Notes: generated by a model from the sequence alone, not told the origin. Positions 36,579-46,749 are shown, counted from the first letter of the stretch. The stretch is DNA of 64,000 nt from Acidobacteriota bacterium (GCA_046726375.1 JBKPAJ010000023.1:258-64257), one strand, 5' to 3'. Translations and numbers: made by a program.

Positions 36579-37676
36579 TCAACGCGACGTCGATCCCGAC
36601 GGAACAAATTTCTGCAGCCGCTGCCCGTACGTGTCCGCCGCGTAGACCGCGCCTTTCGAATCCACAACAACACCGTGGACCCAGTCAAACTCGCCCGGGC
36701 CCCAGCCCTGTTTTCCCCACGTGGCGAGAATCTTGCCGTCCTTCAACTGAATCTTGTGCACGCGTTCGAGCGCGTGATCGGCCACAAACGCAAATCCATC
36801 GTTCCCTTTCCGCGAGGTGCCGATATCCCACGGATTCCAACCGTCGTTGGCAAACTGCCGGATGTAGGTGAGGTTCTTGTCGAACACCTGCACGCGATGG
36901 TTTTCGCGATCGATGATGTACAGGTTTTCGTCGGCGTCGACCGCGAGCTTGTGCGGCAGCACCCACTCGCCCGGACCGGTGCCTTTGTCCTGCGGTCCGC
37001 CAGCCCCTTTCCCCACTTGCTTGATGAACTTGCCGTCTTTCGAGAACAGCACGACTCGATTGTTGCCGTACCCATCGGTAACGACGACGTTGCCATTGCG
37101 CAGAACGGCGATGCCCGACGGAAGATCAAGGTGTGTAGCGTCGTTGCCGCGCTCGTTCGTCGTGCCCAACTGCAGCAGGAACTTGTCGAGCTTGGGACTG
37201 AGCTTGACGATGCGATGCGCGTCGCGCTCGATGACGTAGACGTTGCCTTCCCAATCGACGGTCCCGGAGTGCTGCCAGTTCGGGTTGATCGCCTTGCCGT
37301 TGATCTCCTGATCCGCGCCGCTCATGACCAGGTTGCCGTCGCGATCGAACACCATCACCGGCTTCGCGCCGCGATTGAACACGTAGATCCGATCGTTCTG
37401 GTCGATGGCCAGTCCGGAGATGCCGGGCTGGTTCGTGGGACCGCCCGGGTTTTGCGCGCCGCCGCCCGGCGACCCTCCACGCGCACGTCGCGCCGCCGCC
37501 TGCGCTTCGCGTTCGGCGGGAGGTGGTGGCGGGTCTTTCAACCCGAAGAACATGCCCGCGGGCAGCTTGGGCCAGTTTGGAACCAGCTGGTACCCGCCAT
37601 CGCCCTGCGCGCGCACTCCAAACTGCGTGAGGAGAACCGCACTCACGGCCACGAGAACGGAAAGCCGTCGTGTCAT
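36579..37676 (-). CDS. Secreted NHL-repeat beta-propeller, PAL (peptidyl-alpha-hydroxyglycine lyase)-like
   Basis: Signal peptide, YQLVPNWP, IYVFNRG, DGYGNNR, LPHKLAVD, DRENHRVQVF, WVHGV; AGGAA RBS before ATG 37676. Confidence 0.82.
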   Translation of the reverse strand: MTRRLSVLVAVSAVLLTQFGVRAQGDGGYQLVPNWPKLPAGMFFGLKDPPPPPAEREAQAAARRARGGSPGGGAQNPGGPTNQPGISGLAIDQNDRIYVFNRGAKPVMVFDRDGNLVMSGADQEINGKAINPNWQHSGTVDWEGNVYVIERDAHRIVKLSPKLDKFLLQLGTTNERGNDATHLDLPSGIAVLRNGNVVVTDGYGNNRVVLFSKDGKFIKQVGKGAGGPQDKGTGPGEWVLPHKLAVDADENLYIIDRENHRVQVFDKNLTYIRQFANDGWNPWDIGTSRKGNDGFAFVADHALERVHKIQLKDGKILATWGKQGWGPGEFDWVHGVVVDSKGAVYAADTYGQRLQKFVPSGSTSR

Positions 37677-37677
37677 C

Positions 37678-38271
37678 TCATTGTTCCTTCCGCCACCACG
37701 GATTGCCGTAGTTGGTATATGGGCCATCGTCGACGGAGATCGTGGTGGCGACACGATACGCCAGCGGTGATCCGGCGCGGATGTTTTGCTTGAGTCGAAC
37801 CAACTTGCCGCCGGCTTTGAACGCCGCGCTTTCGAAAAAGATGTTGTAAAAGCCGCCGAGGTCGCCGCCGATCGTTGCCGTTTGCAGGTAGGCAAAGCCG
37901 CGGCTGTCGGTCACGCGGCGAGTCGCGGTTTTCTTCTCACGCTGATACTCGATGATCTCTTTGATCGCGATTGGCCCCGCAGGTCCCCGTCCCGTGGTCA
38001 CGGCTTCGTAGAGCCCTTCGTTGATCTTGCGGTAAACCGTGGTCCCCTCAATGTGGCCCGCGGGCCCAAGCGGGCTGTCAGGGACGTCCCATTCGAACGT
38101 CCATTTGCCGAGAAAGTACGCCTCGAAATCGAACAGCGGCAACACGTCGTCGTTCTTGGTCGCCCTGCCCAGGTCGGGCATCTGTCCACGGGGCTGCTGT
38201 GGCGGCTGCGCCGTTTGGCCAACCAGCGTCGAACTGCAGAGAATGACGAGCGCGGCAGTACGGATGATCAT
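37678..38271 (-). CDS. Secreted hypothetical protein (predicted beta-rich)
   Basis: Signal peptide; YFLGKWTFEW motif; abuts the NHL gene. Confidence 0.7.
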   Translation of the reverse strand: MIIRTAALVILCSSTLVGQTAQPPQQPRGQMPDLGRATKNDDVLPLFDFEAYFLGKWTFEWDVPDSPLGPAGHIEGTTVYRKINEGLYEAVTTGRGPAGPIAIKEIIEYQREKKTATRRVTDSRGFAYLQTATIGGDLGGFYNIFFESAAFKAGGKLVRLKQNIRAGSPLAYRVATTISVDDGPYTNYGNPWWRKEQ

Positions 38272-38282
38272 GTGCGAGGCAC

Positions 38283-38573
38283 TTATAGGGCATCGATGCC
38301 CAACTGCGCAAGCTTTCGCGCAAACCCCTCGGCGGTGTTCAGCGTATGCATGTAGGTGCCATCGTCGCGACGGTATGAAATCAATCCGCCGTCGCGAAAG
38401 CGGACCACGATGACGCGATCGCGTGCGGACGACACATCAAATTCGTGCGCTGGGAGGTCGCCGACAACGGACGAAGGCGGCTCGCGCACTGCGCCTTCGG
38501 CGAGCCCAAATCGCCCGGGACAGTTTCGGATCGGTGTCCAGCGGCGCCGGGCGAACAGCGTATCGAAGTCCAT
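38283..38573 (-). CDS. Hypothetical protein
   Basis: 96 aa, tightly coupled to csaA; WTPIRNCPGRF, GGLISY...Y.HTLN. Confidence 0.7.
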   Translation of the reverse strand: MDFDTLFARRRWTPIRNCPGRFGLAEGAVREPPSSVVGDLPAHEFDVSSARDRVIVVRFRDGGLISYRRDDGTYMHTLNTAEGFARKLAQLGIDAL

Positions 38574-38575
38574 CG

Positions 38576-38938
38576 TCAGCCGGCGCGCGCGCCGTCAGGC
38601 ATCGGCCGTTCCGGTACCGCAAGCGCTGGCGCGAGCCGATCGGCATAGCCGATATCGAACAACATCCCTTCGGAGAGCTCACCGGCCATCCACCGGGGTT
38701 CAAGATTGACGATGAACAGAGCTTGACGTCCAACGATTTCGCGAGGATCGCTTCGCTCGCCCTTCAGAGCCACGAGGATTTGCCGCGCGTGATCACCGAA
38801 ACTGACGGTCAACTTGACCAGTTTCTTCGAGGCGGCGACGTCCTCTACTGCGTTGATGGTTCCAACACGAACGTCGAGTGATTCGATCACGGCAAAAGAA
38901 ACCAGCGGCTTTACCGCCGCAGGGACAAACTTCTCCAT
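38576..38938 (-). CDS. tRNA-binding protein/chaperone, CsaA (Trbp111-like)
   Basis: LDVRVGTI, KL.KL.V.FG, VNLEPR.MAGELSEGML. Confidence 0.88.
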   Translation of the reverse strand: MEKFVPAAVKPLVSFAVIESLDVRVGTINAVEDVAASKKLVKLTVSFGDHARQILVALKGERSDPREIVGRQALFIVNLEPRWMAGELSEGMLFDIGYADRLAPALAVPERPMPDGARAG

Positions 38939-38956
38939 GGGTCAGCAATTCGAGAC

Positions 38957-39510
38957 CTATCGGAATAATTCTGCCGCAACCGTGCGGGGGCGCGCCAACC
39001 ACGACGAGTTGAGCATGCCGCGAATGCGTTCGTTCTGCGCACGCGAGAACCGCACGAGATCGACCAGCCATGGGTGAGTGGCATCGGACGCATCGAGGCG
39101 CTTGATCCGCTAAAAGGCCTCCTCGGCCACGTCGAGTAGCAGGGTATTCGACGCCGACACCAAACTGCGCGAGGCCAGTCGAAAGTCAGAATCGTGCGGG
39201 CGATCGGGATAGTCGAGGCGCGCTTCGAACAGCAGTGAGCGCAGGCGATCCGCAATCGCGTCCTTGCCGTAATTGCGGCCAGCAAACGCGATAATCGAGA
39301 AGTCCCACAGCGCATCGAGCCGGTGATCGAGAAAGCGATAATCCGCCTCGAGCGCGGGACCCACCAACCGGCCTTCGGCTCGCATCTGTTGCTCCATCGG
39401 CGTGCCGACATATGGCAGTGTGCGACAGAAGCCGGCGACCGTGTAGCCGTCGGCGCAGAACTCGCGCAGGAATCGCAAGTTGTTCCGCACCGTCGCCATA
39501 GACGTGAGCT
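38957..39510 (-). pseudogene. 5'-truncated C-terminal fragment of a probable B12-binding radical SAM gene with an internal TAG
   Basis: TSMATVRNNLRFL...FCRTLPYVGTP...EGRL..DY.FLD. The same frame continues past TAG 39110-39112 for about 50 codons to TAG 38957. Confidence 0.65.
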
Positions 39511-39539
39511 GAGCTGCAGTTTGGAGCGCGCGATCACAG

Positions 39540-39632
39540 AAAAAGGGGACAGGCCCCATTTCACCCGTTGCGAACAGGTCGCAAAGATTGAAAAGCTGTC
39601 GCAAAGATTGAAAAGGGGCCTGTCCCCTTTTT
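39540..39632. repeat. MITE-like element: 24-bp inverted repeats with an internal 18-bp direct repeat
   Basis: aaaaaggggacaggccccatttca / tgaaaaggggcctgtccccttttt; gtcgcaaagattgaaaag occurs twice. Confidence 0.8.
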
Positions 39633-39636
39633 TCGG

Positions 39637-40230
39637 TTACTCAGCGCGCAGGCGGGTCAAGAGCTCCTGCACCTGCGCGTTCGTTTCTTCGTAACTGCCG
39701 TCGGTGCGAATCACGTCATCGGCCAACGCCACTTTGGCCTCGATCGGCAACTGTGCGCCGACGCGGCGTTCCGCTTCCTCGCGAGTGAGCCCGCCGCGCT
39801 TCATCACGCGCGCGATCTGCGCGTCGCGCGAGCAGGCGGCGACAATGACTCTGTCGAACTGGCGCTGGCGGCCGGTTTCGTAGATCAACGGAATGTCGGC
39901 CACGGCAAAGGGGACGTCGTCCGGCACGCTCAGAAAGAAATCGTCGATGCGGCGCCGGACGTAGGGGTGAACGATCGCTTCGAGATCGCGGCGTGCGGCT
40001 TTGTCGCGGAACACGATCTCTGCCAGACGTGCGCGGTCGAGCGATCCGTCGCGATTTAATACGTCGGTACCAAATCGCGCGACCACAGCATCGAGACCTG
40101 GTGAGCCCGGCGCCACCGCCTCGCGAGCCAGGACGTCGGCATCGATCACCGGAACACCGGCGTCGCGCATGCGCGCGAGCACGTAACTCTTCCCTGTCCC
40201 GAGCCCGCCGGTCAGCGCCACGCGCAGCAT
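39637..40230 (-). CDS. coaE: Dephospho-CoA kinase
   Basis: VALTGGLGTGKS, IDAD, LDRARL...VF, IVHP, DIPLIYE; ATG at 40230. Confidence 0.95.
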   Translation of the reverse strand: MLRVALTGGLGTGKSYVLARMRDAGVPVIDADVLAREAVAPGSPGLDAVVARFGTDVLNRDGSLDRARLAEIVFRDKAARRDLEAIVHPYVRRRIDDFFLSVPDDVPFAVADIPLIYETGRQRQFDRVIVAACSRDAQIARVMKRGGLTREEAERRVGAQLPIEAKVALADDVIRTDGSYEETNAQVQELLTRLRAE

Positions 40231-40238
40231 GGCCCGCG

Positions 40239-40721
40239 TCAACCCTTGTAGCTGACGTCCTGGAGCTGCACGGAGATGCCGTCTGGATCGGTGAGATAAA
40301 GCTCCTTGACATCGCCGCGCATGCGGATGCGCGCCTTCACGCCAGCGTCGTTCAACTGCTTCAGCGTGCGATCCGCATCGAACTGCTCGATGCCCAGGCA
40401 GAGATGATTGATGGCCGGTGGCGTATTGCCTTGCGCCGGATAAATGCCGACAAACCCGGAGCCTGGAGCGGTGGACAAATTGAACCCGGGATCTTGTCTG
40501 GTCAGCACCGGCATGCCGAACCACTTCTGATAAAAGTCCATCGATCGCTGCACGTTCGACGCGAACATCGTGACGTGGTTCAGCGTCTTGACCGGAAGCG
40601 GCGGGGAGGTCGTCTGCGCCTCCGCAGCGCTGGCGGCGGCAAGTGTTGACAGCGCGGCCAGCAGCTTGCGCCGCGCCAACCGGCCGTTTTCGTAGGACGT
40701 GAGAAGTCGATCGATTGTCAT
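40239..40721 (-). CDS. VOC/glyoxalase family protein, possible Tat signal
   Basis: ARRKLL signal, LNHV...NVQRSMDFY, INHLC, YLTDPDG. Confidence 0.85.
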   Translation of the reverse strand: MTIDRLLTSYENGRLARRKLLAALSTLAAASAAEAQTTSPPLPVKTLNHVTMFASNVQRSMDFYQKWFGMPVLTRQDPGFNLSTAPGSGFVGIYPAQGNTPPAINHLCLGIEQFDADRTLKQLNDAGVKARIRMRGDVKELYLTDPDGISVQLQDVSYKG

Positions 40722-40736
40722 TTGGCACTCACGCGG

Positions 40737-41666
40737 TTATCGCCGCACCCTCCGATTCTCAGCCGCCGTGATCGTATTGCGAAGCACCATCGCGATGGTG
40801 AGCGGCCCCACCCCGCCCGGCACCGGCGTGATCGCGCCGGCCACGGACTCGACATCGGGATGCACATCGCCGATCAGGACACTGCCCTTCTTCTGGAACT
40901 GCTCCTGCTTCTTCGCGTTCGCGGGGAAGAATCGCATCACGTCCGCCTCCGCAGTCAGCGTGTTAATGCCGACATCGATCACCGTCGCGCCAGGTGTCAC
41001 GAACTCTCTGGTGACGAATCCAGGACGGCCGATCGCGGCGACCAGAATATCCGCGGAGGACGCGACGCGCGCGAGATCGCGCGTCTTCGAATGGCACACC
41101 GTGACCGTCGCATCGCGATGCATCAGCAGCAGCGCCATCGGCTTGCCCACGATATCGCTGCGCCCGATCACGACCGCCCGTGCGCCGGCGATGGGGATCT
41201 GCTCCCGCTCGAGCAGCTCGATGCAGCCGAGCGGAGTACAGGCCACGAGGGTCGGGCGCTTCTGCACCAGCCGACCAACGTTTTCGGGATGAAACCCATC
41301 CACGTCCTTTACCGGATCCAGGGCATCGAAGACGCGCGGCTCCGCTTCACCGCCCATACCCTGGGGAAGCGGCGACTGCACGAGAATGGCGTCGATCTGA
41401 TCGTCGGCATTGAGGCGCGAGACGGTGTTGAGCGCATCCTGCAGGCTGGCCGTGGCATCGAGGCGAACGAGCTCGGCGCGGCAGCCGGCCTCCGCCACTG
41501 CTTTGATCTTGTTGCGGACGTAAATCTCCGATGCCGGATTGTTGCCCGCCAGCACCACGGCGAGTCCGGGCGGCCGGCGATGAGCTGACGTGAAGCTGGC
41601 AACCCGTGGAACCAGCTCCGCACGGATTTTTGCGGCCAGCGCCGCACCATCGAGCCGCCGGCCCAC
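40737..41666 (-). CDS. folD: Methylenetetrahydrofolate dehydrogenase/cyclohydrolase
   Basis: KDVDGFHP, GRSDIVGKP, ITPVPGGVGPLT. Confidence 0.97.
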   Translation of the reverse strand: MGRRLDGAALAAKIRAELVPRVASFTSAHRRPPGLAVVLAGNNPASEIYVRNKIKAVAEAGCRAELVRLDATASLQDALNTVSRLNADDQIDAILVQSPLPQGMGGEAEPRVFDALDPVKDVDGFHPENVGRLVQKRPTLVACTPLGCIELLEREQIPIAGARAVVIGRSDIVGKPMALLLMHRDATVTVCHSKTRDLARVASSADILVAAIGRPGFVTREFVTPGATVIDVGINTLTAEADVMRFFPANAKKQEQFQKKGSVLIGDVHPDVESVAGAITPVPGGVGPLTIAMVLRNTITAAENRRVRR

Positions 41667-42728
41667 TCAGCGCACGGCGGGGGTCATGTCCCGCCCTCCC
41701 CGCGACTTGCTTCCGCCAGCGGCCTCGTCGAGCGCCTTCAACTGATTCGCATCGCCGAGAACCACGAGTTGATCCCCGCCATGAAGGCTGTCTTCCGGCG
41801 AGGGGTTGAATTGCATCTGACCGCTCGCGCGTTTGATCGCGACCACAATCACGCCGAACGCCTGTCGCAGATTCGCGTCGCGCAGCGTCTTGCCGATGAA
41901 CGGCGCCTGCGGGCCGATCTCCACTTGTTCGGCGGCGAGATCGAGACGCTCCGAGGTCGTCGCGAGCCGCATGAAGTCCACAACTGCAGGGCGCAGCGCG
42001 GTGGCCGCCATCTGCACCGCGCCGAGGAGATACGGCGAGATGACGCGATCGGCGCCCGCGCGCCTCAACTTGGTCTCGGCGTCCTCCGATTCGACGCGCG
42101 CGATGATGAACAAATCCGGCCGCAGCACCCGTGCCGACAGCACCGTGTAGACGTTCTCGGCGTCCGTACTGACCGCCGCAATCAGCCCGCGCGCACGATG
42201 AATGCCGACTCGCACGAGCACCTCTTCACGGCTGGCGTCGGCTTCCACCGCCAAACCGCCGCGTTCGATGATCTCGTGCACGCGTTCTGCACTCCGATCG
42301 ATGACCACGTAAGGAACACGCTGCTTGTTGAACTCGTCGGCGATGATGCTGCCGATGCGTCCATAGCCGCAGATGATGAAATGATCCGAAAGTTGTTCGA
42401 GCATGCGATTGAATCGGCGCTGTGCGACGTGTGTATAGAGCCCGCCTTCGACCACCAGAGCCATGAGCGTGGACGCGGTGTAAAACAGCGTCGCCACGCC
42501 CAGCAGCAGAGTGACAACGGTCCAGAACTCGCCAGCGCGCGACATGGCGTGGACCTCACGGTAACCAACCGTGGTCACCGTGATCATTGTCATGTAGAAG
42601 GCATCGGAAAACGACCAGCCTTCTATCGCCATGTAGCCGACGATGCCGACCGCGCAGACAACAAAGAAAAGGGCGATCGCCAGCCCTGGACCCTTCATAA
42701 AGGTCAAGCGATCGCCCGTTTGGTTCAT
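41667..42728 (-). CDS. Potassium channel protein with TrkA-N/TrkA-C domains
   Basis: TTVGY filter, ICGYGRIG, RCK-C domain. Confidence 0.92.
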   Translation of the reverse strand: MNQTGDRLTFMKGPGLAIALFFVVCAVGIVGYMAIEGWSFSDAFYMTMITVTTVGYREVHAMSRAGEFWTVVTLLLGVATLFYTASTLMALVVEGGLYTHVAQRRFNRMLEQLSDHFIICGYGRIGSIIADEFNKQRVPYVVIDRSAERVHEIIERGGLAVEADASREEVLVRVGIHRARGLIAAVSTDAENVYTVLSARVLRPDLFIIARVESEDAETKLRRAGADRVISPYLLGAVQMAATALRPAVVDFMRLATTSERLDLAAEQVEIGPQAPFIGKTLRDANLRQAFGVIVVAIKRASGQMQFNPSPEDSLHGGDQLVVLGDANQLKALDEAAGGSKSRGGRDMTPAVR

Positions 42729-42738
42729 GCGTCCTCAA

Positions 42739-42763
42739 GGCGGACCTGAAAGCCCGCCGCCAC
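42739..42763 (-). repeat. Degenerate REP-like palindrome
   Basis: ggcggacc-tgaa-agcccgcc-gccac. Confidence 0.55.
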
Positions 42764-42770
42764 ATGCTGG

Positions 42771-44510
42771 CTAAGCCGTTGCCGTCCTCTCGCCCGATAG
42801 CCGGGCGAGAATCCAGCCAACGACATAGACGGCAATCGCGATGCCGAGGACCTGCAGGCCAAACGTGTCTGCTGTCTCGGCCGTCACGTTGAGCCCGGTC
42901 AGGTCTGCCAGCTCGCTCCATTTTGCCGTGGTCTCATTGGTCACGCCGAGCTCCGTGAGCAGACCGAGCAGGAACATGCACACCCCGTTGAACAACCCCA
43001 GCGCGCCGAACGCCAGCACGAAATTGGCGAGCGCCTGCAAAGGTGTGCGCCGGCGCTGTTCGTCTGGATTGGCGAGCGGGCTGTGCGACCGTCCGTAGAA
43101 CCAGTAAATGATCAACCCGATATTCAGCCACACCAGGAAGCGCACCCACGTGATCACCGGCAGACTGAGCATGAGATATGCGCACGACGCGATGCCGAGA
43201 ATCGGGAACAGCGGTCCGAGCGGCACACGGAACGGACGATGCGCATCCGGGCGCTTGATGCGCAGCATCAACACTGCAGCGCAGACGACGACAAACGCGA
43301 AGAGCGTCCCGATGCTCGTCATCTCCCCGACCACCTGAATCTGCGTCACGCCCGCGACCAGAGCCACGACGGCGCACGTGATGATGGTCGTGATGTACGG
43401 CGTGCCAAAACGGGGGTGTACCTTGCTCACGCCGGTCGGCAGGAGACCGTCGCGGCTCATCGCGAAGAAAATCCGCGGTTGGCTCATGAGCATGACCAGC
43501 AGCACCGACGTGATGCCGGCAACCGCGCCCGCCGACACGAGATACGAAGCCCAATCCTGTCCGATCGTGGCGAGCGCGTAGGCGACAGGCGCATTCAGAA
43601 ACCGCACCGCCTCTTCAGGCGATACGCTCGGCACTCCGGGCAGGACATCCGCGGCCGAACGGAATTGCACGACGGGAACGATGCCCGCCAGGACCAAAGC
43701 GACCGCCAGGTACAGGAACGTGCAGACGAAGAGCGACGCAATGATTCCAATCGGCAGGTCGCGTTTGGGATTTTTCGCCTCTTCGGCCGTGGTCGAGACC
43801 GCGTCGAAGCCGATGTAGGCGAAGAACACCACCGCGGCGGCCGCCATGATGCCGGACCAGCCATAGGGCGCGAACGGCGACCAGTTGGCGGGTTTGACAT
43901 ACGTCGCGCCGGCCGCGAGGAAGAACAGAACGGCCAGGAGCTTGATGCCCACCATGATGGCGTTGGCCCTCGCCGACTCGCGGATGCCGATCACGAGCAG
44001 AATCATGATCACGAGCACGATCAACACGGCCAGCAGGTTGACGGCGCCAACCGGCGGCGCAGCCGCCAATGCCGTTGGCAGCGTGATGCCGACACCCGCC
44101 AACAGGCGCTGCATGTAGCCGCTCCAGCCGATCGCCACCGTCATCGACCCGACCGCGTATTCGAGAATCAGGTCCCAGCCGATCATCCACGCGACGAGCT
44201 CGCCCAGCGTGGCGTACGCATACGTGTATGCGCTTCCGGCAATCGGGATCATCGACGCGAATTCTGCGTAGCACAACGCAGCAAACGCGCACGCGAGCCC
44301 GGCGGCGAGGTACGACATGGTGATAGCGGGCCCGGCCTGATTTGCCGCCGCGGTGCCGGTGAGCACGAAAATGCCCGTGCCGATGATGGCGCCGATGCCG
44401 AGGAGCGTCAGATCCCATGCCGTCAAACTGCGCTTGAGCGATCGACCGCCATGCTCGACGTCGCTCACTAGCCGTTCGATCGATTTCGTCTTGAACAGAT
44501 TCGAATCCAT
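42771..44510 (-). CDS. APC family amino acid permease
   Basis: GIGAIIGTGIF, CYAEFAS, AYIGFD, RPFRVP. Confidence 0.94.
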   Translation of the reverse strand: MDSNLFKTKSIERLVSDVEHGGRSLKRSLTAWDLTLLGIGAIIGTGIFVLTGTAAANQAGPAITMSYLAAGLACAFAALCYAEFASMIPIAGSAYTYAYATLGELVAWMIGWDLILEYAVGSMTVAIGWSGYMQRLLAGVGITLPTALAAAPPVGAVNLLAVLIVLVIMILLVIGIRESARANAIMVGIKLLAVLFFLAAGATYVKPANWSPFAPYGWSGIMAAAAVVFFAYIGFDAVSTTAEEAKNPKRDLPIGIIASLFVCTFLYLAVALVLAGIVPVVQFRSAADVLPGVPSVSPEEAVRFLNAPVAYALATIGQDWASYLVSAGAVAGITSVLLVMLMSQPRIFFAMSRDGLLPTGVSKVHPRFGTPYITTIITCAVVALVAGVTQIQVVGEMTSIGTLFAFVVVCAAVLMLRIKRPDAHRPFRVPLGPLFPILGIASCAYLMLSLPVITWVRFLVWLNIGLIIYWFYGRSHSPLANPDEQRRRTPLQALANFVLAFGALGLFNGVCMFLLGLLTELGVTNETTAKWSELADLTGLNVTAETADTFGLQVLGIAIAVYVVGWILARLSGERTATA

Positions 44511-44522
44511 CAAGCCTCCCGC

Positions 44523-44547
44523 GGCGCGGCTGAAGCCGCGCCACTAC
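44523..44547 (-). repeat. GTAG-foot REP-like palindrome
   Basis: ggcgcggc-tgaa-gccgcgcc-actac. Confidence 0.75.
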
Positions 44548-44600
44548 CAATCGCGGTTCAGGCCGCGGCGCATCTCAGGCGCAGTGATTATAGAGGCAAC

Positions 44601-45230
44601 TCAGCCAAGGACCGACAAATACTGCCGCACCCGCTCCTCCGGATTACCGCTGAGGAGATCGGTAATCACCGCCACCGACGCCGCGCCGGCTTCGATGACG
44701 CTTCGCGCGGAGGCGAGCGTGATACCGCCAATGGCCACAACCGGCAGCGCGCGTGGCGCCGCGATCTGTGCGGCTCTCCTCACGAGCTTCAATCCCACTC
44801 GTTCGTAACCGGTGTTTTTCGTTTCGGTCCAGTACACCGGTCCGATCGCAACGTACGAGATCGGCTCACGCGCGGCTTCGGCGAGTTGCGCCTCCGAATG
44901 CGTGGAGAAGCCGACCACCGCGTCGGCGCCAAGGATGCGACGAACGTCGCGCGGTAACAGATCATCCTGGCCCACGTGCACGCCCGCGGCCCCGGCGAGC
45001 ACCGCGATGTCAGCGCGATCGTTCACCACCAGCTGCGCGCCGGCCGCGGCAGCGTCGTCTTGAATCGCCTCCGCCAATGCCAGAAACGCGCCGCTCTCGA
45101 GCGTTTTGGCCCGCAGCTGCAGCAGCCGCGCGCCCCCGCTCAAAAACGCTCGCGCGAGATCGCGCGGCGCCCAGCCGGCGCGCCCCGCGACCTCGGCATC
45201 GACGATGGCATAAAGCCGCGAGTGGATCAC
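44601..45230 (-). CDS. thiE: Thiamine-phosphate synthase
   Basis: QLRAK, VNDRAD, VHVGQDD, STHS, VAIGGI. Confidence 0.94.
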   Translation of the reverse strand: MIHSRLYAIVDAEVAGRAGWAPRDLARAFLSGGARLLQLRAKTLESGAFLALAEAIQDDAAAAGAQLVVNDRADIAVLAGAAGVHVGQDDLLPRDVRRILGADAVVGFSTHSEAQLAEAAREPISYVAIGPVYWTETKNTGYERVGLKLVRRAAQIAAPRALPVVAIGGITLASARSVIEAGAASVAVITDLLSGNPEERVRQYLSVLG

Positions 45231-45279
45231 GTCTGAAGAGAATCGCGTGCGGATATGTCAGAAATCTGACGGACAGAGT

Positions 45280-46653
45280 TCAGGCAGACTCGGCCAGCGA
45301 ATCCGCGCTCTTTGGGCGCGGCTTGTATCGCTCCATGAAATGCGTATTCAACCGCCCAGCGATGAAATCCGGATCGCTGAGGATCTTGAGATGCAGCGGG
45401 ATTGTGGTCTGAATGCCTTCAACGACCGCCATTTCGAGCGTGCGCTTCATGCGCGCAATCGCCTCCTGGCGATCGCGGCCGTGCGCGATCACCTTGGCAA
45501 TCATCGAGTCGTAGTACGGAGAAATCGTGCACTCGGAATGCGCCGCCGTGTCGACGCGCACGCCCGGACCGCCCGGAACACTGAAGGCGTGAATCGTTCC
45601 CGGTGAGGGAACGAACGTCTCTGAGTCCTCGGCGTTGACGCGGCACTCGATGGCGTGGCCGGTAAACGTCACTTCGCTTTGCTTGAACGACAGCCGTTCG
45701 CCCGCCGCGATGCGAATCTGCTCTTTGACGATGTCGATGCCGGTCACCATTTCGGTGACAGGATGTTCCACCTGCACGCGCGTGTTGACCTCCATGAAGT
45801 AGAAGTTGCACTTCTCGTCCATGAGGAACTCGAACGTGCCGGCGTTGGTGTACTGGACCGCTCGGGCCGCGTCGGCCACGAGGCTCCCCATCTTGCGGCG
45901 GATCTTGTCGGTCACCGCAATCGACGGCGATTCCTCCAGCAGCTTCTGGTGACGGCGTTGGATCGAACACTCCCGCTCGCCTAAATGAATGACGTTGCCG
46001 TGATGATCGCCAAGCACCTGGAATTCGATGTGACGCGGCGAGTCGAGATACTTTTCGATGTAGACGTCGCCGACGCCAAACGCGGCTTCCGCTTCGCGTT
46101 GCGCGGTCTTGAACGCGTGCGGCAGGTCCGCCGGCGCCTTGACGATGCGCATGCCGCGCCCCCCGCCGCCGGCCACCGCTTTGATGATGATCGGATAGCC
46201 GATGTCCTTCGCAATCTTGAGTGCCTTCTCCTCGCTGTCGATCGGCCCTTCGCTTCCCGGCAGCATCGGAACACCCGCACGCTTCATCGCGCGTCGCGCT
46301 TTGGCCTTGTCGCCGAGAAGGCGGATCACGCTCGGGTCAGGGCCGATGAAGCGAATGTGACACGCCTCGCAGACCTCGGCCAGGTATGCGCTCTCCGAAA
46401 GAAATCCGTAGCCCGGGTGGATCGCATCGGCGCCGGTGATTTCCGCCGCGCTGATAATCGACGGGACGTTCAGATAGCTGTCGGTGCTGCGCGCCGGCCC
46501 GATGCAGATGTCCTCGTCCGCGAAACGCACGTGCAGTGAGTTTTCGTCCGCCTCTGAATAAACGGCGACCGTCTTGATGCCGAGCTCGCGGCAGGCGAAG
46601 ATCACGCGCAGCGCGATCTCTCCACGGTTGGCGACGAGGATCTTCTTAAACAT
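45280..46653 (-). CDS. accC: Acetyl-CoA carboxylase biotin carboxylase subunit
   Basis: [36 protein letters not shown]. Confidence 0.97.
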   Translation of the reverse strand: MFKKILVANRGEIALRVIFACRELGIKTVAVYSEADENSLHVRFADEDICIGPARSTDSYLNVPSIISAAEITGADAIHPGYGFLSESAYLAEVCEACHIRFIGPDPSVIRLLGDKAKARRAMKRAGVPMLPGSEGPIDSEEKALKIAKDIGYPIIIKAVAGGGGRGMRIVKAPADLPHAFKTAQREAEAAFGVGDVYIEKYLDSPRHIEFQVLGDHHGNVIHLGERECSIQRRHQKLLEESPSIAVTDKIRRKMGSLVADAARAVQYTNAGTFEFLMDEKCNFYFMEVNTRVQVEHPVTEMVTGIDIVKEQIRIAAGERLSFKQSEVTFTGHAIECRVNAEDSETFVPSPGTIHAFSVPGGPGVRVDTAAHSECTISPYYDSMIAKVIAHGRDRQEAIARMKRTLEMAVVEGIQTTIPLHLKILSDPDFIAGRLNTHFMERYKPRPKSADSLAESA

Positions 46654-46660
46654 GATCGTG

Positions 46661-46749
46661 AGGCTTTCAGCTCTCAGCTTTCGGTTTTCAGCGCCCTTCG
46701 GCTTTCAGCGTTTTTGCTGACAGCTGATAGCCGACAGCCGATAGCTGTC
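46661..46749. repeat. Inverted tandem heptamer array (GCTTTCA)n ... (GCTGAyA)n
   Basis: gctttca/gctctca/gctttcg/gttttca face gctgaca/gctgata/gccgaca/gccgata. Confidence 0.85.

Noticed and set aside
39110-39112. Pyrrolysine or amber readthrough in the radical SAM fragment
   Set aside because: The gene is also 5'-truncated and no pyl genes are seen; a nonsense mutation is simpler.
39637-40728. 363-aa extended CoaE
   Set aside because: The N-terminal part is an alternative frame of the VOC gene; CoaE begins at 40230.
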